Position numbers and translations under genes: made by a program. From Alistipes sp. (GTDB lineage Bacteria; Bacteroidota; Bacteroidia; Bacteroidales; Rikenellaceae), in assembly GCA_045632085.1 (NCBI GenBank), contig JAZQVY010000025.1, positions 1,541 through 65,540 on the forward strand: a stretch of DNA of 64,000 nucleotides. The letters run 5' to 3'. Below the pieces are notes generated by a model, which worked only from the letters and a program-made list of their open reading frames with translations, was not told the origin of the DNA and did not search any database. Shown piece after piece: positions 10,073-20,396 of this stretch (position 1 is the first letter of the stretch; each line of letters starts with the position of its first letter).

Positions 10073-11209
10073 ATGAGATTAAGCAGACTATTTTACATCA
10101 CCTCGCTGCTGTTAGTTATAAGTAGTGTAGCTTGTAATCAGAAACAGAGCTCCGACACCACCCTTACGACCATCACACTGAACGACAATAATAAAATCTC
10201 ATACAGCGAGATAATCGACTCTTATCGTTTCGTGCGACTTAGTACAACAAAGACCCCCGTTGGCGAAATCGAAAAGACAATCATCAGCGACAAATATATT
10301 ATCCTTGTTGATGCCGAGCAGGCCAAAGCCATCTTCGTATTCAACCACGAAGGCAAAGCCGTAAGCGAGATATGCCGTTTGGGGCGTGGACCTCAGGAGT
10401 ACACTTTTATCAACGACGTTGCACTGCTCAATTACAAGGGTCAGGAGGTTATTGCAGTGGCCGACAGTTGGCAGGAAAAACTACTACTCTACACCATCGG
10501 CGGAGAGTATATCACCTCAACCGAATACAACTTCTATTTCGAGCAACTTGTGCAGTGCGGCAAGAGTTGGCTATGCACAACTTGCGGCGACAATGAATCA
10601 TCGGAGGCATTCAAGGAGCGCGACGATACCAAAAGCCTGCTCATCTTTGCCGACGAGGAGATGAAAATCAAGTCGTGCGCATTGCCAAGCCCATTTGTAC
10701 GCGAAGATTTTGCAACGCCCGAAATTGTGACTAACGGAGATATGGTATCGATTATGCCCAAATTCCAAGATACTCTCTATCGCGTGGCAGACGGGCAAAT
10801 CTCACCTGCCTATCGTTTCGATATATCGGCTTTCGGAGGAGTAACCCATACCGACGATTGGAGCACCGACGAACTGATTAAAAACTTCAACAACCTCGTT
10901 CACATATACGGCGTACAGGAGGCTAACAACCACATCATTGTGGAGGTGGCCAAAAAGGAGTTTATCGACATCTATATCTACAACAAGCTCAGTGGCAAAG
11001 CATATCGCATAAAAAACGGCAAAGAGATAACATCGCTGGCCGATTTTGTAAGCGACGAAACCTGCGCTGCATATAAAGATGAATTTGTTGCAATCGCCGA
11101 TGCCTACACAGTCGCCGATTACAACAAGAAGTATCCCGACAAAGCCGTATTCAATGGCATCACCGAGGAGGAGAACCCTGTGATTGTGTTCTACACCCTG
11201 AAACTATAA
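10073..11209 (+). CDS. 6-bladed beta-propeller lipoprotein
   Basis: Lipobox VAC and GRGPQEY motif typical of Bacteroidota 6-bladed propeller lipoproteins; start moved to the ATG at 10073. Confidence 0.75.
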   Translation: MRLSRLFYITSLLLVISSVACNQKQSSDTTLTTITLNDNNKISYSEIIDSYRFVRLSTTKTPVGEIEKTIISDKYIILVDAEQAKAIFVFNHEGKAVSEICRLGRGPQEYTFINDVALLNYKGQEVIAVADSWQEKLLLYTIGGEYITSTEYNFYFEQLVQCGKSWLCTTCGDNESSEAFKERDDTKSLLIFADEEMKIKSCALPSPFVREDFATPEIVTNGDMVSIMPKFQDTLYRVADGQISPAYRFDISAFGGVTHTDDWSTDELIKNFNNLVHIYGVQEANNHIIVEVAKKEFIDIYIYNKLSGKAYRIKNGKEITSLADFVSDETCAAYKDEFVAIADAYTVADYNKKYPDKAVFNGITEEENPVIVFYTLKL

Positions 11210-11230
11210 TCTCAATACAGCATAAACAAA

Positions 11231-11271
11231 AGAGAGAACCCGCCCGACAAACCGTCAGGCAGGTTCTCTCT
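11231..11271. terminator. Bidirectional terminator
   Basis: AGAGAGAACC...GGTTCTCTCT between convergent genes. Confidence 0.75.
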
Positions 11272-11291
11272 ATCATTTAGGACCTCAACTA

Positions 11292-12674
11292 TTAGTAAAG
11301 ACCTGTAAGCATCAGATTGAAGTAGATTGGCTTCAAGCAATATACCTTCAAGAACCACGCAACCCACTGCTCCTTCGACATATCCCACAAGTTGAGAGGG
11401 AAGGTAATCTGCTCCTTCTTGTCGTAGTCAAACTCGGCCAACAACACCTTGCCATACTCGGTTACGATTGGGCAAGCGGCATAACCGTTGTAGATAGCCT
11501 CGGGGGCACGGCCCTCCATAATCGAAAGGAGGTTCTCCACCGCGATAGGCAACTGCTTACCAACGGCAGCCGAAGTTTTGCTTGTAGGGATACCTGCAGC
11601 ATCGCCGAGGCAGATGATATTCGGATAGGTCATATGCACCAAAGTCTCCTTGTTGGTCATTGCCCAGCCGTCGGCTGCAAGGTTACCCTCGGTCCAGCTA
11701 AGGCCAGAGTCTCGCACAAAGTCGGGCGCTGACTGAGGTGCCATAAAGTGCATAAAGTCGTAATCCTCAGCAAATGGAGTGGTCTGTTTTGTGCCATCGG
11801 CCAAAGTCTCTATGCGCTCAAAATATGCACGCTTGGCGTGAGTGTCGATACCCTTCAGGCGGCAATTCATATCAACAGGGATATTGCGCTCGTTGTAAAT
11901 CTCCTCCAAACGAGGGGTGTAGAATGGCACGTTGTAGAGGTGCTTGCTTGCAGTGTAGTAGTGCAAGTCGATATTTTCGGTTGTGCCGTTCTTGCGGGCG
12001 TTGTCCCAAGTGAGCAGACACACCTTCTTAGGCGCGCCACCGCACTTATGCTTGGTGTAGGTGTCGCAGAAGATACCCTTGCCACCCTTCTGAGCAAACT
12101 CCTTCATCGCTGGCCAAGTGCGCTGAGCACCCACCCAATCATAGATTGAGTGCGCATTACCTGTGCCGAGTGTCTCCTTCGAGATACCCTCCACCTTATC
12201 CCAATTAATCTGGATACCCGGGCAGAGCACCAGAAAATCGTAGTCAATAGAACCACTCTTGGCAGTCTCGAGCTTATTCTGTGTGGGGTGGATGAGCTTC
12301 ACCTCGTCCTTTACCCATTTTATGTCCTTTGGCATACAATCGGCCTGAGGCTTCCACACCTCGTCGGCACCATACACACCGCTGGCAATGAGCGTGAATC
12401 CTGGCTGATAGTACTGGCGGTCGCTTGGGTCGATGATGGTGATATCGGGATTCGAGAGCTTACGCTTCAGGCGCGAAGCCATACTGATACCGGCTGCTCC
12501 ACCACCCACGATAACTATTTTGCCTTTGGCGCTGCTCTTAGCGGCATAGGCTTTGTTTGTACCCAACGCCACAAAAGCACCTGCGGCAGCCATAATCTGC
12601 AGAAACTGCGCACGCGAGATTACGCCCTCGCGTTGCAACTTCTCCATCTCCTTCTCAAAGTTCGATAATGCCAT
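11292..12674 (-). CDS. Sulfide:quinone oxidoreductase-like flavoprotein with Tat-like leader
   Basis: IVIVGGGAAG, YYQPGFTL, KCGGAPKK, LGD, YAACPIVT (Cys pair), LAEFDY; start placed at MALSN (12674). Confidence 0.8.
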   Translation of the reverse strand: MALSNFEKEMEKLQREGVISRAQFLQIMAAAGAFVALGTNKAYAAKSSAKGKIVIVGGGAAGISMASRLKRKLSNPDITIIDPSDRQYYQPGFTLIASGVYGADEVWKPQADCMPKDIKWVKDEVKLIHPTQNKLETAKSGSIDYDFLVLCPGIQINWDKVEGISKETLGTGNAHSIYDWVGAQRTWPAMKEFAQKGGKGIFCDTYTKHKCGGAPKKVCLLTWDNARKNGTTENIDLHYYTASKHLYNVPFYTPRLEEIYNERNIPVDMNCRLKGIDTHAKRAYFERIETLADGTKQTTPFAEDYDFMHFMAPQSAPDFVRDSGLSWTEGNLAADGWAMTNKETLVHMTYPNIICLGDAAGIPTSKTSAAVGKQLPIAVENLLSIMEGRAPEAIYNGYAACPIVTEYGKVLLAEFDYDKKEQITFPLNLWDMSKEQWVAWFLKVYCLKPIYFNLMLTGLY

Positions 12675-13044
12675 AATGAAATTAGTTGTATTTGTTTTCG
12701 GCAAAGTTAGTACATAATCGGCGGAAGTGCAAACATTTGTTAGCAAAATAACACTGCGTAAAAATCTACCCTTTGGAAAAATTAGATTTGCGCAATCTGC
12801 ATAAGCTAGAAATATGCATACAACTATGCAAAGCGTGATTTTGCTAACTCATTGATTTTCACCCCCCCCTAAATGCATAGCGTTTGCATAAAAATTCTAA
12901 GTTATGCAAAAATCAGCAAACCACCGAGAGTAAATCGTTGCTAAATTCTGCAAATATTTCTAACTTGCATAGGCAATAATATCCCTCACTGCACGTTATA
13001 GTTATAGAGAGTCAGCAAACCGAAATTCAAAAAATCATAAAGCT

Positions 13045-14214
13045 ATGAAACGATTGATCCATTCAGCACTGTGCATTGCCCTTTGCAGCATTGCGGCAAT
13101 TGCGACCTGCAATGCAGAGAACAAGTTTAAGCCCATCAAATCGTTGCCCGAAGGCAAGAAGGCCCACCGCTGGCAGCAGCAACTGAAATGGGGAGTCGAT
13201 GCCTATGCCATTGTCTTCCCCGAGCTGAAGCTCGTTGGCTGGCGTGAAGCGGGAACACTCAGCAACCAAAGCGAGGTGGACAACTTCCTGAAGGAGGGGG
13301 TGGCAATGGATAGAATGTATGGCTACACTATCTATGACGAAAACCGCAGACCAAAGGAGTATGAGGTGTTGCCTCTCTCGGAGCTTATGCAGAAGGACGA
13401 GGTAATGAAAAGCGCCACCTTTGAGAATGCCCAAAAGATGTATGGTGACAAACTCCTGGGCGCAAAGGTTGTGGAGTTAAAATGGAGTTATAAAGGTAAG
13501 GAGATTTTTGAGAAAATTGCAGTTATCGAAAAGCCTGGCACATTTCACGATTGCATTGTATTCCATACTGTAGGTGTTGGTATATTAATTAATAGCAACG
13601 ATGTTCCTCGTGCCGAATGGCAGATTGCCGACGAGTACCGCTCGATGTCGGAGATTGATTTCGACCAGTACGATAAAATCGACGACAACTATTGGAAGAC
13701 CCGCTTCGACAAGTTTAAGGAGAAGGGCGTGACTAAGGATTTGAAACTTGTGAGCTACAAAGAGATAGGCGTAGCCAAAGACGAGCAGTACAAGAATAAA
13801 TACTTTTTCCACAACATCAGCGACGATGCCTTTATTATGTGGATGGAGTATGTAAAGATAGAGGGCGAGCAGAGGCCAAAAGTCCAATACAACTACTCTA
13901 CTCTCGGCGAGGTGAAGAAGAGCAACCCAAAATTGTATGAACTATATTTGGTTCACTCAAAAAATGCAATCCGCTCGGTAAAACTCGGTCACGACAAAAT
14001 CGTAAAGATGACTTGGGAGCACAACGGCAAGAAGTATGACACATACGCATTCGTTTCATCATACGTTCGCAAAATGGAGCGCGGAGTAATCGATAACAAG
14101 TTTATGTATCTTGTTTACGACAATGTACTCTATACAATGGATGCGACCAATAGTTCGATTGACCACAGAGGTGGCGGAACAATCGCCAGTTACTCAGTTA
14201 TACCAAAAAGCTAA
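13045..14214 (+). CDS. Secreted hypothetical protein with two internal repeat domains
   Basis: Signal peptide; the repeats align (ELKLVGWREAG/DLKLVSYKEIG; KVVELKWSYKGK/KIVKMTWEHNGK). Confidence 0.7.
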   Translation: MKRLIHSALCIALCSIAAIATCNAENKFKPIKSLPEGKKAHRWQQQLKWGVDAYAIVFPELKLVGWREAGTLSNQSEVDNFLKEGVAMDRMYGYTIYDENRRPKEYEVLPLSELMQKDEVMKSATFENAQKMYGDKLLGAKVVELKWSYKGKEIFEKIAVIEKPGTFHDCIVFHTVGVGILINSNDVPRAEWQIADEYRSMSEIDFDQYDKIDDNYWKTRFDKFKEKGVTKDLKLVSYKEIGVAKDEQYKNKYFFHNISDDAFIMWMEYVKIEGEQRPKVQYNYSTLGEVKKSNPKLYELYLVHSKNAIRSVKLGHDKIVKMTWEHNGKKYDTYAFVSSYVRKMERGVIDNKFMYLVYDNVLYTMDATNSSIDHRGGGTIASYSVIPKS

Positions 14215-14238
14215 CGGAGCAAATGTCCTAAAATAGAG

Positions 14239-14269
14239 AAGGGGTTGTCCGACGATTGGACAACCCCTT
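14239..14269. terminator. Hairpin of the GGGTTGTCC family, bidirectional terminator
   Basis: AAGGGGTTGTCCGA cgat TGGACAACCCCTT between convergent genes. Confidence 0.75.
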
Positions 14270-14273
14270 AATT

Positions 14274-17102
14274 TTATCTTGTAGCAAGCTCAACAAGGTA
14301 GGCTATCGACCTATACTCAATACCCGAATGAGTGGTAAGACCAATCTCGCAGGTACGGCTGTTGGAGTAACCCTCCGTAGCACCCGACTGCTCCACTGCA
14401 AGGCGCAGTTTACGCAGAGCATAGGCGTTGAGCTCAGGCTGAGTGAAACCCTTGTCGCCCGCAAATCCGCAGCAACCCACGCCCTCGGGCAGCACAACAT
14501 TTGTGGCGCACCTCTTGGCAAGCGCAATAATCTTGTCGGCCAACCCCATACGGCGCATCGAGCAGGTGATATGCAGTGCAACAGTGGCCTCAACGGGGGT
14601 GAAGTGCAACCTCTCGGCCAGATAGTCAAGTATAAACTCGGCAGGCTCATAGAGTTTCATTCGCTTAATCTTCTCACGCATACGATGCAGACAAGGACTC
14701 TGGTCGCAAAGCACAGGATAACGACCCTCTGCGCTCGCACGCCACAACGCCTCCTCCAGCTCGGCAACCTTTCTGTCGGCTATCTCGCTCATACCCTTAC
14801 TCTCCCATATCGTACCGCAACACAGGCTCTCCATACGTTCGGGGAAGATTACCTCATAACCGGCTCTTTCGAGCAACGATATCATCACCTCCACCTGAGC
14901 CGCATCGGTGCGGTGCTTATGGTCGGGGCCCATAGTCTGATTGATACAACTTGGATAATAGACTACCTTCAGCGGATTATCGGCTTTGACGCTCTGAGCA
15001 GAATGTGCCTTCTTGACGCTTCTTGGCACAGAGTAGGCCAACGGCATCGACTCACACCACTGCGGAGCACCAGCGCAGTGCATTATGTCTGCCACCTTAC
15101 CCATAGCCTTGTCGCCCAGCACTCGGTGGGCAACATTGGCAATCGAGAGGATAGGTCGCAGGCTCGATTTCACCCCTGCAAAGTGGTTGGCAGCAAACTC
15201 TCCCACACGATAACCGGCGCTATGTGGTGGGAGCGTCAGCGCCCTGAGGTAGTGCGTCATCTCACCCATATTTATCTTCAGCGGGCAACTTGTTGAGCAG
15301 AGGCCGTCACCCGCACAACTCTGCTCTCCCAAATATTTAAATCCACTCTCAAGCTCAGCCAGCAGAGCAGGATTTTCGCCCGTAGCCCTCAGACGTGCCA
15401 TCTCGCGACAAATAACAATGCGCTGGCGTGACGAGAGGGTCATACCGCAACTCACGCAGTTCACCTCGCAGAATCCACACTCGATGCAACGGTCAACAAT
15501 TGGGTGAGTGATAGGCAGCGGCTTGAAATTCGACAGATGGCAACGCTCATCGTCGTTGAAAATCACACCAGGATTGAAGATTCCATTGGGGTCGAACAGA
15601 CGCTTAATCTCGCGCATAACCTCGAAGGCATCATCGCCCCACTCTCGACGGACGTATGGCGCCATATTGCGGCCTGTGCCGTGCTCGGCCTTGAGTGAAC
15701 CATCGTAGCGGTCAAGAACAAGTTCGGCCACATCTTCCATTAGCTGCTCGTAGCGTGCCACATCGGCATCGGTAGAGAACGACTGGTTGATGATGAAGTG
15801 ATAATTACCCTCCAGCGCGTGACCATAGATGCAAGCATCGTCGTAGCCGTGCTTATCGAGCAGTTCAGCGAGTTCGGCCGTAGCCTCGGGCAGATGCTCA
15901 ATAGGAAAAGCGATATCTTCGATAAGACAAGTTGTCCCCAACTCCCTGGAGCCTCCCACCGACGGGAAGATACCCGAACGGATTGCCCAATACTTGGCCT
16001 GCACATCGGCATCGGCCGAGAAGTGGGCAGGGACATAGAGTTTGAACTGCTTGAGGCACTCCTCGATGCGGGCGATATTCTGCTGAAGTTCCTGCTGCGA
16101 ATGGGCCTTGGTCTCGGTGAGCACAGCCGTAAGGTTCTCGCCTGTAGTATCTGCCACCGAAGCAAGCGACTTACTATCCAGAAGCTCGGCACTATGCACT
16201 ATGCGCTCACCCGCCCCGTCGCAAAGCGGACGCATAGCCACCACCGCACGGCAAGCCTCGTCGATTGTCGAGAAGTAGAGCATTGCCGAAGCTTTGTATT
16301 CATAGTCACGCTCCGAGCGCATTGTAACCTCCGACATAAAACCGAGAGTGCCCTCCGAGCCGACCATAAGGTGGGCGATGATATCAAATGGATTATCATA
16401 CTGAAGAAGTGGCAGAAGATTCAATCCCACCACATTCTTTATCGAATACTTTTTGCGAATGCGCTCTGCAAGAGGTCTGTTTGCCCTCACCTTATCGCGC
16501 AGAGCCTCGATGGCGGCAACAAAATCGAAGTGAGTCGAATTGAAGACTTCGCAACTGCGCACCGAGCCTGTATCGAGCAGCGAGCCATCGCTGAAGATGA
16601 TGCGCATCGACTCCAGCACCTTATCGCTATTGGCGTGGGTGCCACAGTTCATTCCCGAGGCGTTATTCATCACAATACCGCCCACCATAGCGCTTTTGAC
16701 CGATGCGGGATCGGGCGAAAAACGGTAGCCATAAGGTTTGAGCACCTCGCTCACCTTGGCTCCAATCACACCCGGCTGCAGGCGAATCCTACGACCCTCG
16801 TCGAGCACCTCATAATTCTCCCAATTCTTGCCCGCAACGACAAGCACCGAATCGCTCACCGACTGACCCGAAAGGCTTGTGCCAGCGGCACGGAACGTGA
16901 GTGGCACTCCGCACTGGGCAGCCGCCTCGACAATACGCACCATCTCGCCCTCGTTTTTGGCTCGCACCACTATCTGCGGCACCAGACGGTAGAATCCGGC
17001 ATCGGTACCCCACGCCAGACGACGGAGGTAATCGGTATAGATTCGCTCTGCGGGGACGAACGCCTCAATCGAGCTAAGGAATTTGCTATGCTTGTCTGTC
17101 AT
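14274..17102 (-). CDS. FAD- and Fe-S-binding oxidoreductase (Fe-S D-lactate dehydrogenase, Dld-II type)
   Basis: RAAGTSLSGQ, GSEGTLG, GHALEGNYH, KAEHGTGRN, CIECGFCEVNC, two CCG domains. Confidence 0.85.
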   Translation of the reverse strand: MTDKHSKFLSSIEAFVPAERIYTDYLRRLAWGTDAGFYRLVPQIVVRAKNEGEMVRIVEAAAQCGVPLTFRAAGTSLSGQSVSDSVLVVAGKNWENYEVLDEGRRIRLQPGVIGAKVSEVLKPYGYRFSPDPASVKSAMVGGIVMNNASGMNCGTHANSDKVLESMRIIFSDGSLLDTGSVRSCEVFNSTHFDFVAAIEALRDKVRANRPLAERIRKKYSIKNVVGLNLLPLLQYDNPFDIIAHLMVGSEGTLGFMSEVTMRSERDYEYKASAMLYFSTIDEACRAVVAMRPLCDGAGERIVHSAELLDSKSLASVADTTGENLTAVLTETKAHSQQELQQNIARIEECLKQFKLYVPAHFSADADVQAKYWAIRSGIFPSVGGSRELGTTCLIEDIAFPIEHLPEATAELAELLDKHGYDDACIYGHALEGNYHFIINQSFSTDADVARYEQLMEDVAELVLDRYDGSLKAEHGTGRNMAPYVRREWGDDAFEVMREIKRLFDPNGIFNPGVIFNDDERCHLSNFKPLPITHPIVDRCIECGFCEVNCVSCGMTLSSRQRIVICREMARLRATGENPALLAELESGFKYLGEQSCAGDGLCSTSCPLKINMGEMTHYLRALTLPPHSAGYRVGEFAANHFAGVKSSLRPILSIANVAHRVLGDKAMGKVADIMHCAGAPQWCESMPLAYSVPRSVKKAHSAQSVKADNPLKVVYYPSCINQTMGPDHKHRTDAAQVEVMISLLERAGYEVIFPERMESLCCGTIWESKGMSEIADRKVAELEEALWRASAEGRYPVLCDQSPCLHRMREKIKRMKLYEPAEFILDYLAERLHFTPVEATVALHITCSMRRMGLADKIIALAKRCATNVVLPEGVGCCGFAGDKGFTQPELNAYALRKLRLAVEQSGATEGYSNSRTCEIGLTTHSGIEYRSIAYLVELATR

Positions 17103-17142
17103 ATCACTATGAAATTACGTTTAGACAAAGGTAACAAAAAAA

Positions 17143-17172
17143 GAGTTGTCCAACAAGTGTGTCGGACAACCC
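17143..17172 (-). terminator. GGGTTGTCC-family hairpin, likely yebC terminator
   Basis: GAGTTGTCCAACA...TGTCGGACAACCC preceded by an A-run (U-tract on the minus strand). Confidence 0.65.
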
Positions 17173-17188
17173 ATACTTATTATTCTTT

Positions 17189-17253
17189 TGAAGTTGTATA
17201 ACAAGAGCTATTTTTAGGCCCTCGAAGCCCGAGAGCCTTGCAAGACAACTTCA
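17189..17253 (+). repeat. Internally deleted copy of the ERIC/RPE-like fold-back element
   Basis: TGAAGTTGTATAACAAGAGCTATTTT...GAGCCTTGCAAGACAACTTCA; left arm identical to the 62762 copy; ends 4 nt from the yebC stop. Confidence 0.8.
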
Positions 17254-17257
17254 GGAA

Positions 17258-17983
17258 CTACTCCTCGTCAGACTCGGCCATAGTGTGGTAAACGTTTACC
17301 GCATCGTCGTCCTCCTCCAACTTCTCCTGCAACTTCTCAACATCGGCACGCTGCTCAGCTGTGAGCTCCTTAGTGTCGGTAGGAATGCGAACACCCTCAC
17401 CCGATACCAACTCGTGACCGTTGTCCTCAATCCACTTCTGGATAGCACCAAATGACTCGTAAGGTGCGCTGACAGTTACCTCACCCTCCTCAGCGAAGAA
17501 CTCGTCAACACCCAAGTCGATCATCTCCAACTCCATCTCCTCTGGATCGAACTCACCAGCAGGCTTGAACTTGAAGACACACTTGTGCTCAAACATAAAT
17601 GCCACGCTACCAGAGTTACCCAATGTACCACCACACTTGTTGAAGTACATACGCACGCTGGCAACTGTACGGTTTGTGTTGTCGGTTGCAGTCTCAACGA
17701 GGAAAGCTACACCGTGAGGACCGTATCCCTCATAGATCATCTCCTTGTAATCAGCAGCATCCTTATCGGTTGCACGCTTAATTGCACGCTCTATGTTCTC
17801 CTTTGGCATATTCTCAGCCTTAGCATTCTGAATCAAGATACGCAAACGTGTGTTTGACGTAGGATCTGAACCCGAAGCCTTTACTGCCATCTCAATCTCC
17901 TTACCGATCTTGGTAAATACGCGGGCCATATGACCCCAACGCTTCATTTTTCTCGCCTTGCGATACTCAAACGCTCTTCCCAT
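17258..17983 (-). CDS. yebC: YebC/PmpR family protein
   Basis: MGRAFEYRK, YEGYGPHG, TDNTNRT, GSVAFMF. Confidence 0.95.
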   Translation of the reverse strand: MGRAFEYRKARKMKRWGHMARVFTKIGKEIEMAVKASGSDPTSNTRLRILIQNAKAENMPKENIERAIKRATDKDAADYKEMIYEGYGPHGVAFLVETATDNTNRTVASVRMYFNKCGGTLGNSGSVAFMFEHKCVFKFKPAGEFDPEEMELEMIDLGVDEFFAEEGEVTVSAPYESFGAIQKWIEDNGHELVSGEGVRIPTDTKELTAEQRADVEKLQEKLEEDDDAVNVYHTMAESDEE

Positions 17984-18134
17984 AATGGTTATCTTTTTTG
18001 TTATTATTTTCTAGTTGGTCGCAAAATTACAAAAAAATTACCATTAAACAACTACACCGTCAAATTTATCCCCGCCGATAGGGTTTAAGTGGTGAAAAAT
18101 AACTATTTTTGCGCTATAAACATTCTATCAAATT

Positions 18135-18701
18135 ATGGAAAAAGAGATATTGGCAGCAATCGAAGTGTTGCGTGCGGGAGGATTGATTCTCTACCCCACA
18201 GACACCGTATGGGGCATTGGCTGTGATGCTACAAATGCCGAGGCAGTTGAGAAGATATATAAGTTGAAGCAGAGCGAGAACAAGACCTCGATGATTGTCT
18301 TGTGCCGCGATGCCGATATGATTGTGCGTTATGTGAACAAAGCTCCAGGCATCGCCTTCGAGGTGATGGAGATGAGCGAGCAACCCATCACGCTGATCCT
18401 GGAGGGTGCTGTGAACGTGGCCAAAAACCTTATCCCAGAGGAGGGTACGCTGGGCGTGAGAGTGCCTAACCACGAATTCTGCCATCAGCTTTTGCGCCGC
18501 TTCGGCAAGCCAATCGTCTCGACCTCGGCCAATATTTCGGGTGAGCCAACGCCACTCAAGGGCCTGAAGGATGTGAGCCGCGAGATTATCGACGGAGTAG
18601 ATTTTGTGATCAACCCACGCTTTCAGGGCAAGCCCACCTGCAAGCCCAGCTCGATTATCAGCTTTGGCGAGCGTGGCGAGGTGGAGATTATCCGCAAATA
18701 G
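18135..18701 (+). CDS. tsaC: L-threonylcarbamoyladenylate synthase (Sua5/YrdC)
   Basis: YPTDTVWGIGCDA, STSANISG. Confidence 0.9.
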   Translation: MEKEILAAIEVLRAGGLILYPTDTVWGIGCDATNAEAVEKIYKLKQSENKTSMIVLCRDADMIVRYVNKAPGIAFEVMEMSEQPITLILEGAVNVAKNLIPEEGTLGVRVPNHEFCHQLLRRFGKPIVSTSANISGEPTPLKGLKDVSREIIDGVDFVINPRFQGKPTCKPSSIISFGERGEVEIIRK

Positions 18702-18728
18702 GTTATTCGAGAGCCACAAAAAGTCTCA

Positions 18729-18768
18729 AACCGAAGGCTGTCAGCGAGAGAGTTGGCAGCCTTCGGTT
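18729..18768 (+). terminator. Hairpin after tsaC
   Basis: AACCGAAGGCTGTCAGC...GTTGGCAGCCTTCGGTT. Confidence 0.65.
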
Positions 18769-18948
18769 GTATTATATCTTTGCTTGAAAACGGTACTCAA
18801 ATAACCCCCAAACAAAATTAAACAGCTTCTGGAATCAGCTTCTCGGTAAAAAATACTTTTTTTCGTTGGATTTTTAGTAAATTCGCACTTGGAATATTCT
18901 GTTTGGCATTATGCAAGCAGAGGTTTAAACAATTCAAATTTTTGTATT

Positions 18949-20385
18949 ATGACAACGTTTCTGATATGTCTATTCTTGCTTGTTGCAGCATATTTTGTCT
19001 ATGGAGCATATCTTGACCGAGTATGCAAAATCGACACAAAGGCTGCTGTACCTTCGGCTACGCTCTACGATGGAGTAGATTATATACCTATGCCACGCTG
19101 GCGCACGTTCCTTATCCAGCTGCTTAACATTGCAGGTATTGGCCCTATCTTCGGCGCTATTATGGGTGCTTGTTTTGGCCCTGTCGTATTTTTGTGGATT
19201 ACATTTGGCGGTATTCTCGTTGGTGCTATGCACGACTATCTGTCGGGTGTCATATTGCTCCGCAACGACGGATTGAGCCTCCCCGAAATTGTGGGTCGTT
19301 ACTTAGGTAAGAATGCGCTTATCTTTATGAGAGCTCTCTCGTTGGTGCTGCTCATATTGGTGGGTGTGGTGTTTATGCGCTCGCCCGCAAGTATCCTGAG
19401 CGGAATGTTCGAGGCTATCCCCTATTGGGGCTGGATAGCTATCGTATTTGTCTATTATTTCATCGCCACGATGGTGCCAATCGACAAACTTATCGGCAAA
19501 ATCTATCCGCTCTTTGGAGCTGCGCTTATCTTTATGGCCATAGGTTTGTTGGTTGTATTGCTTACGGGCGACTACACCATCACCAACCTTACGCTCGAAA
19601 GCATACACAACCACCAAATCAATGCTCATAATCTCCCCATTATCCCTACGCTGTTTATCACTGTTGCCTGTGGTGCTATCTCGGGATTCCACGCCACTCA
19701 GTCACCCCTTATGGCGCGATGTATGAACAACGAGGGCGAGGCGCGTATGATATTCTACGGTTCGATGATTACCGAATCTATAATTGCCCTGATATGGGCG
19801 GCAATCGGTATGGCCTTCTTCCACGGTCCCGATGCTCTGGTCGCAACGATGGCCGAGCACGGCAACGATGCTGCTTGGGCCGTAAAGACCATAACCAACT
19901 CTACACTCGGCAAAGTGGGAGGATTTATTGCGCTACTCGGTGTGGTTGCTTGCGCCATCACTTCGGGCGATACGGCTTTCCGCTCGGCGCGACTTATCGT
20001 GGCCGACATCCTCAAAATCGAGCAACGCACACTCATTAAGCGATTTGCCATCGCCCTGCCACTCTTTGCAATTGGCGTTGTTCTGCTATTTGTTGATTTC
20101 GATGTGGTGTGGCGTTATTTTGCCTGGACCAACCAGACAATGTCGGTAATCACACTTTGGGTGATTGTTGCCTACTTGCATAAGCACAAGCGAAACATCT
20201 GGGTTGCCATACCGCCAGCAGTATTTATGTCGTACATCTGCATCTCATTTGTCTTTGTATCGAACCAATTCATCGGTATGACCAATCGCCCTATGGCCTA
20301 CATTTTGGCGGGCGTAACCACTATGGTTCTCACAATTGTTATGTGGCGAAAAGTATTGCAGTCAAATAATTCGCTATCAAATTAA
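18949..20385 (+). CDS. cstA: Carbon starvation protein A family peptide/pyruvate transporter
   Basis: DGVDYIP, NIAGIGPIFG, GAMHDY, ACGAISGFHATQSP, ITSGDTAFR. Confidence 0.9.
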   Translation: MTTFLICLFLLVAAYFVYGAYLDRVCKIDTKAAVPSATLYDGVDYIPMPRWRTFLIQLLNIAGIGPIFGAIMGACFGPVVFLWITFGGILVGAMHDYLSGVILLRNDGLSLPEIVGRYLGKNALIFMRALSLVLLILVGVVFMRSPASILSGMFEAIPYWGWIAIVFVYYFIATMVPIDKLIGKIYPLFGAALIFMAIGLLVVLLTGDYTITNLTLESIHNHQINAHNLPIIPTLFITVACGAISGFHATQSPLMARCMNNEGEARMIFYGSMITESIIALIWAAIGMAFFHGPDALVATMAEHGNDAAWAVKTITNSTLGKVGGFIALLGVVACAITSGDTAFRSARLIVADILKIEQRTLIKRFAIALPLFAIGVVLLFVDFDVVWRYFAWTNQTMSVITLWVIVAYLHKHKRNIWVAIPPAVFMSYICISFVFVSNQFIGMTNRPMAYILAGVTTMVLTIVMWRKVLQSNNSLSN

Positions 20386-20396
20386 AACCAACCACT

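Noticed and set aside
14256-17201. Long plus-strand ORFs (346 and 467 aa)
   Set aside because: Antisense shadows of the D-lactate dehydrogenase gene; no motifs.
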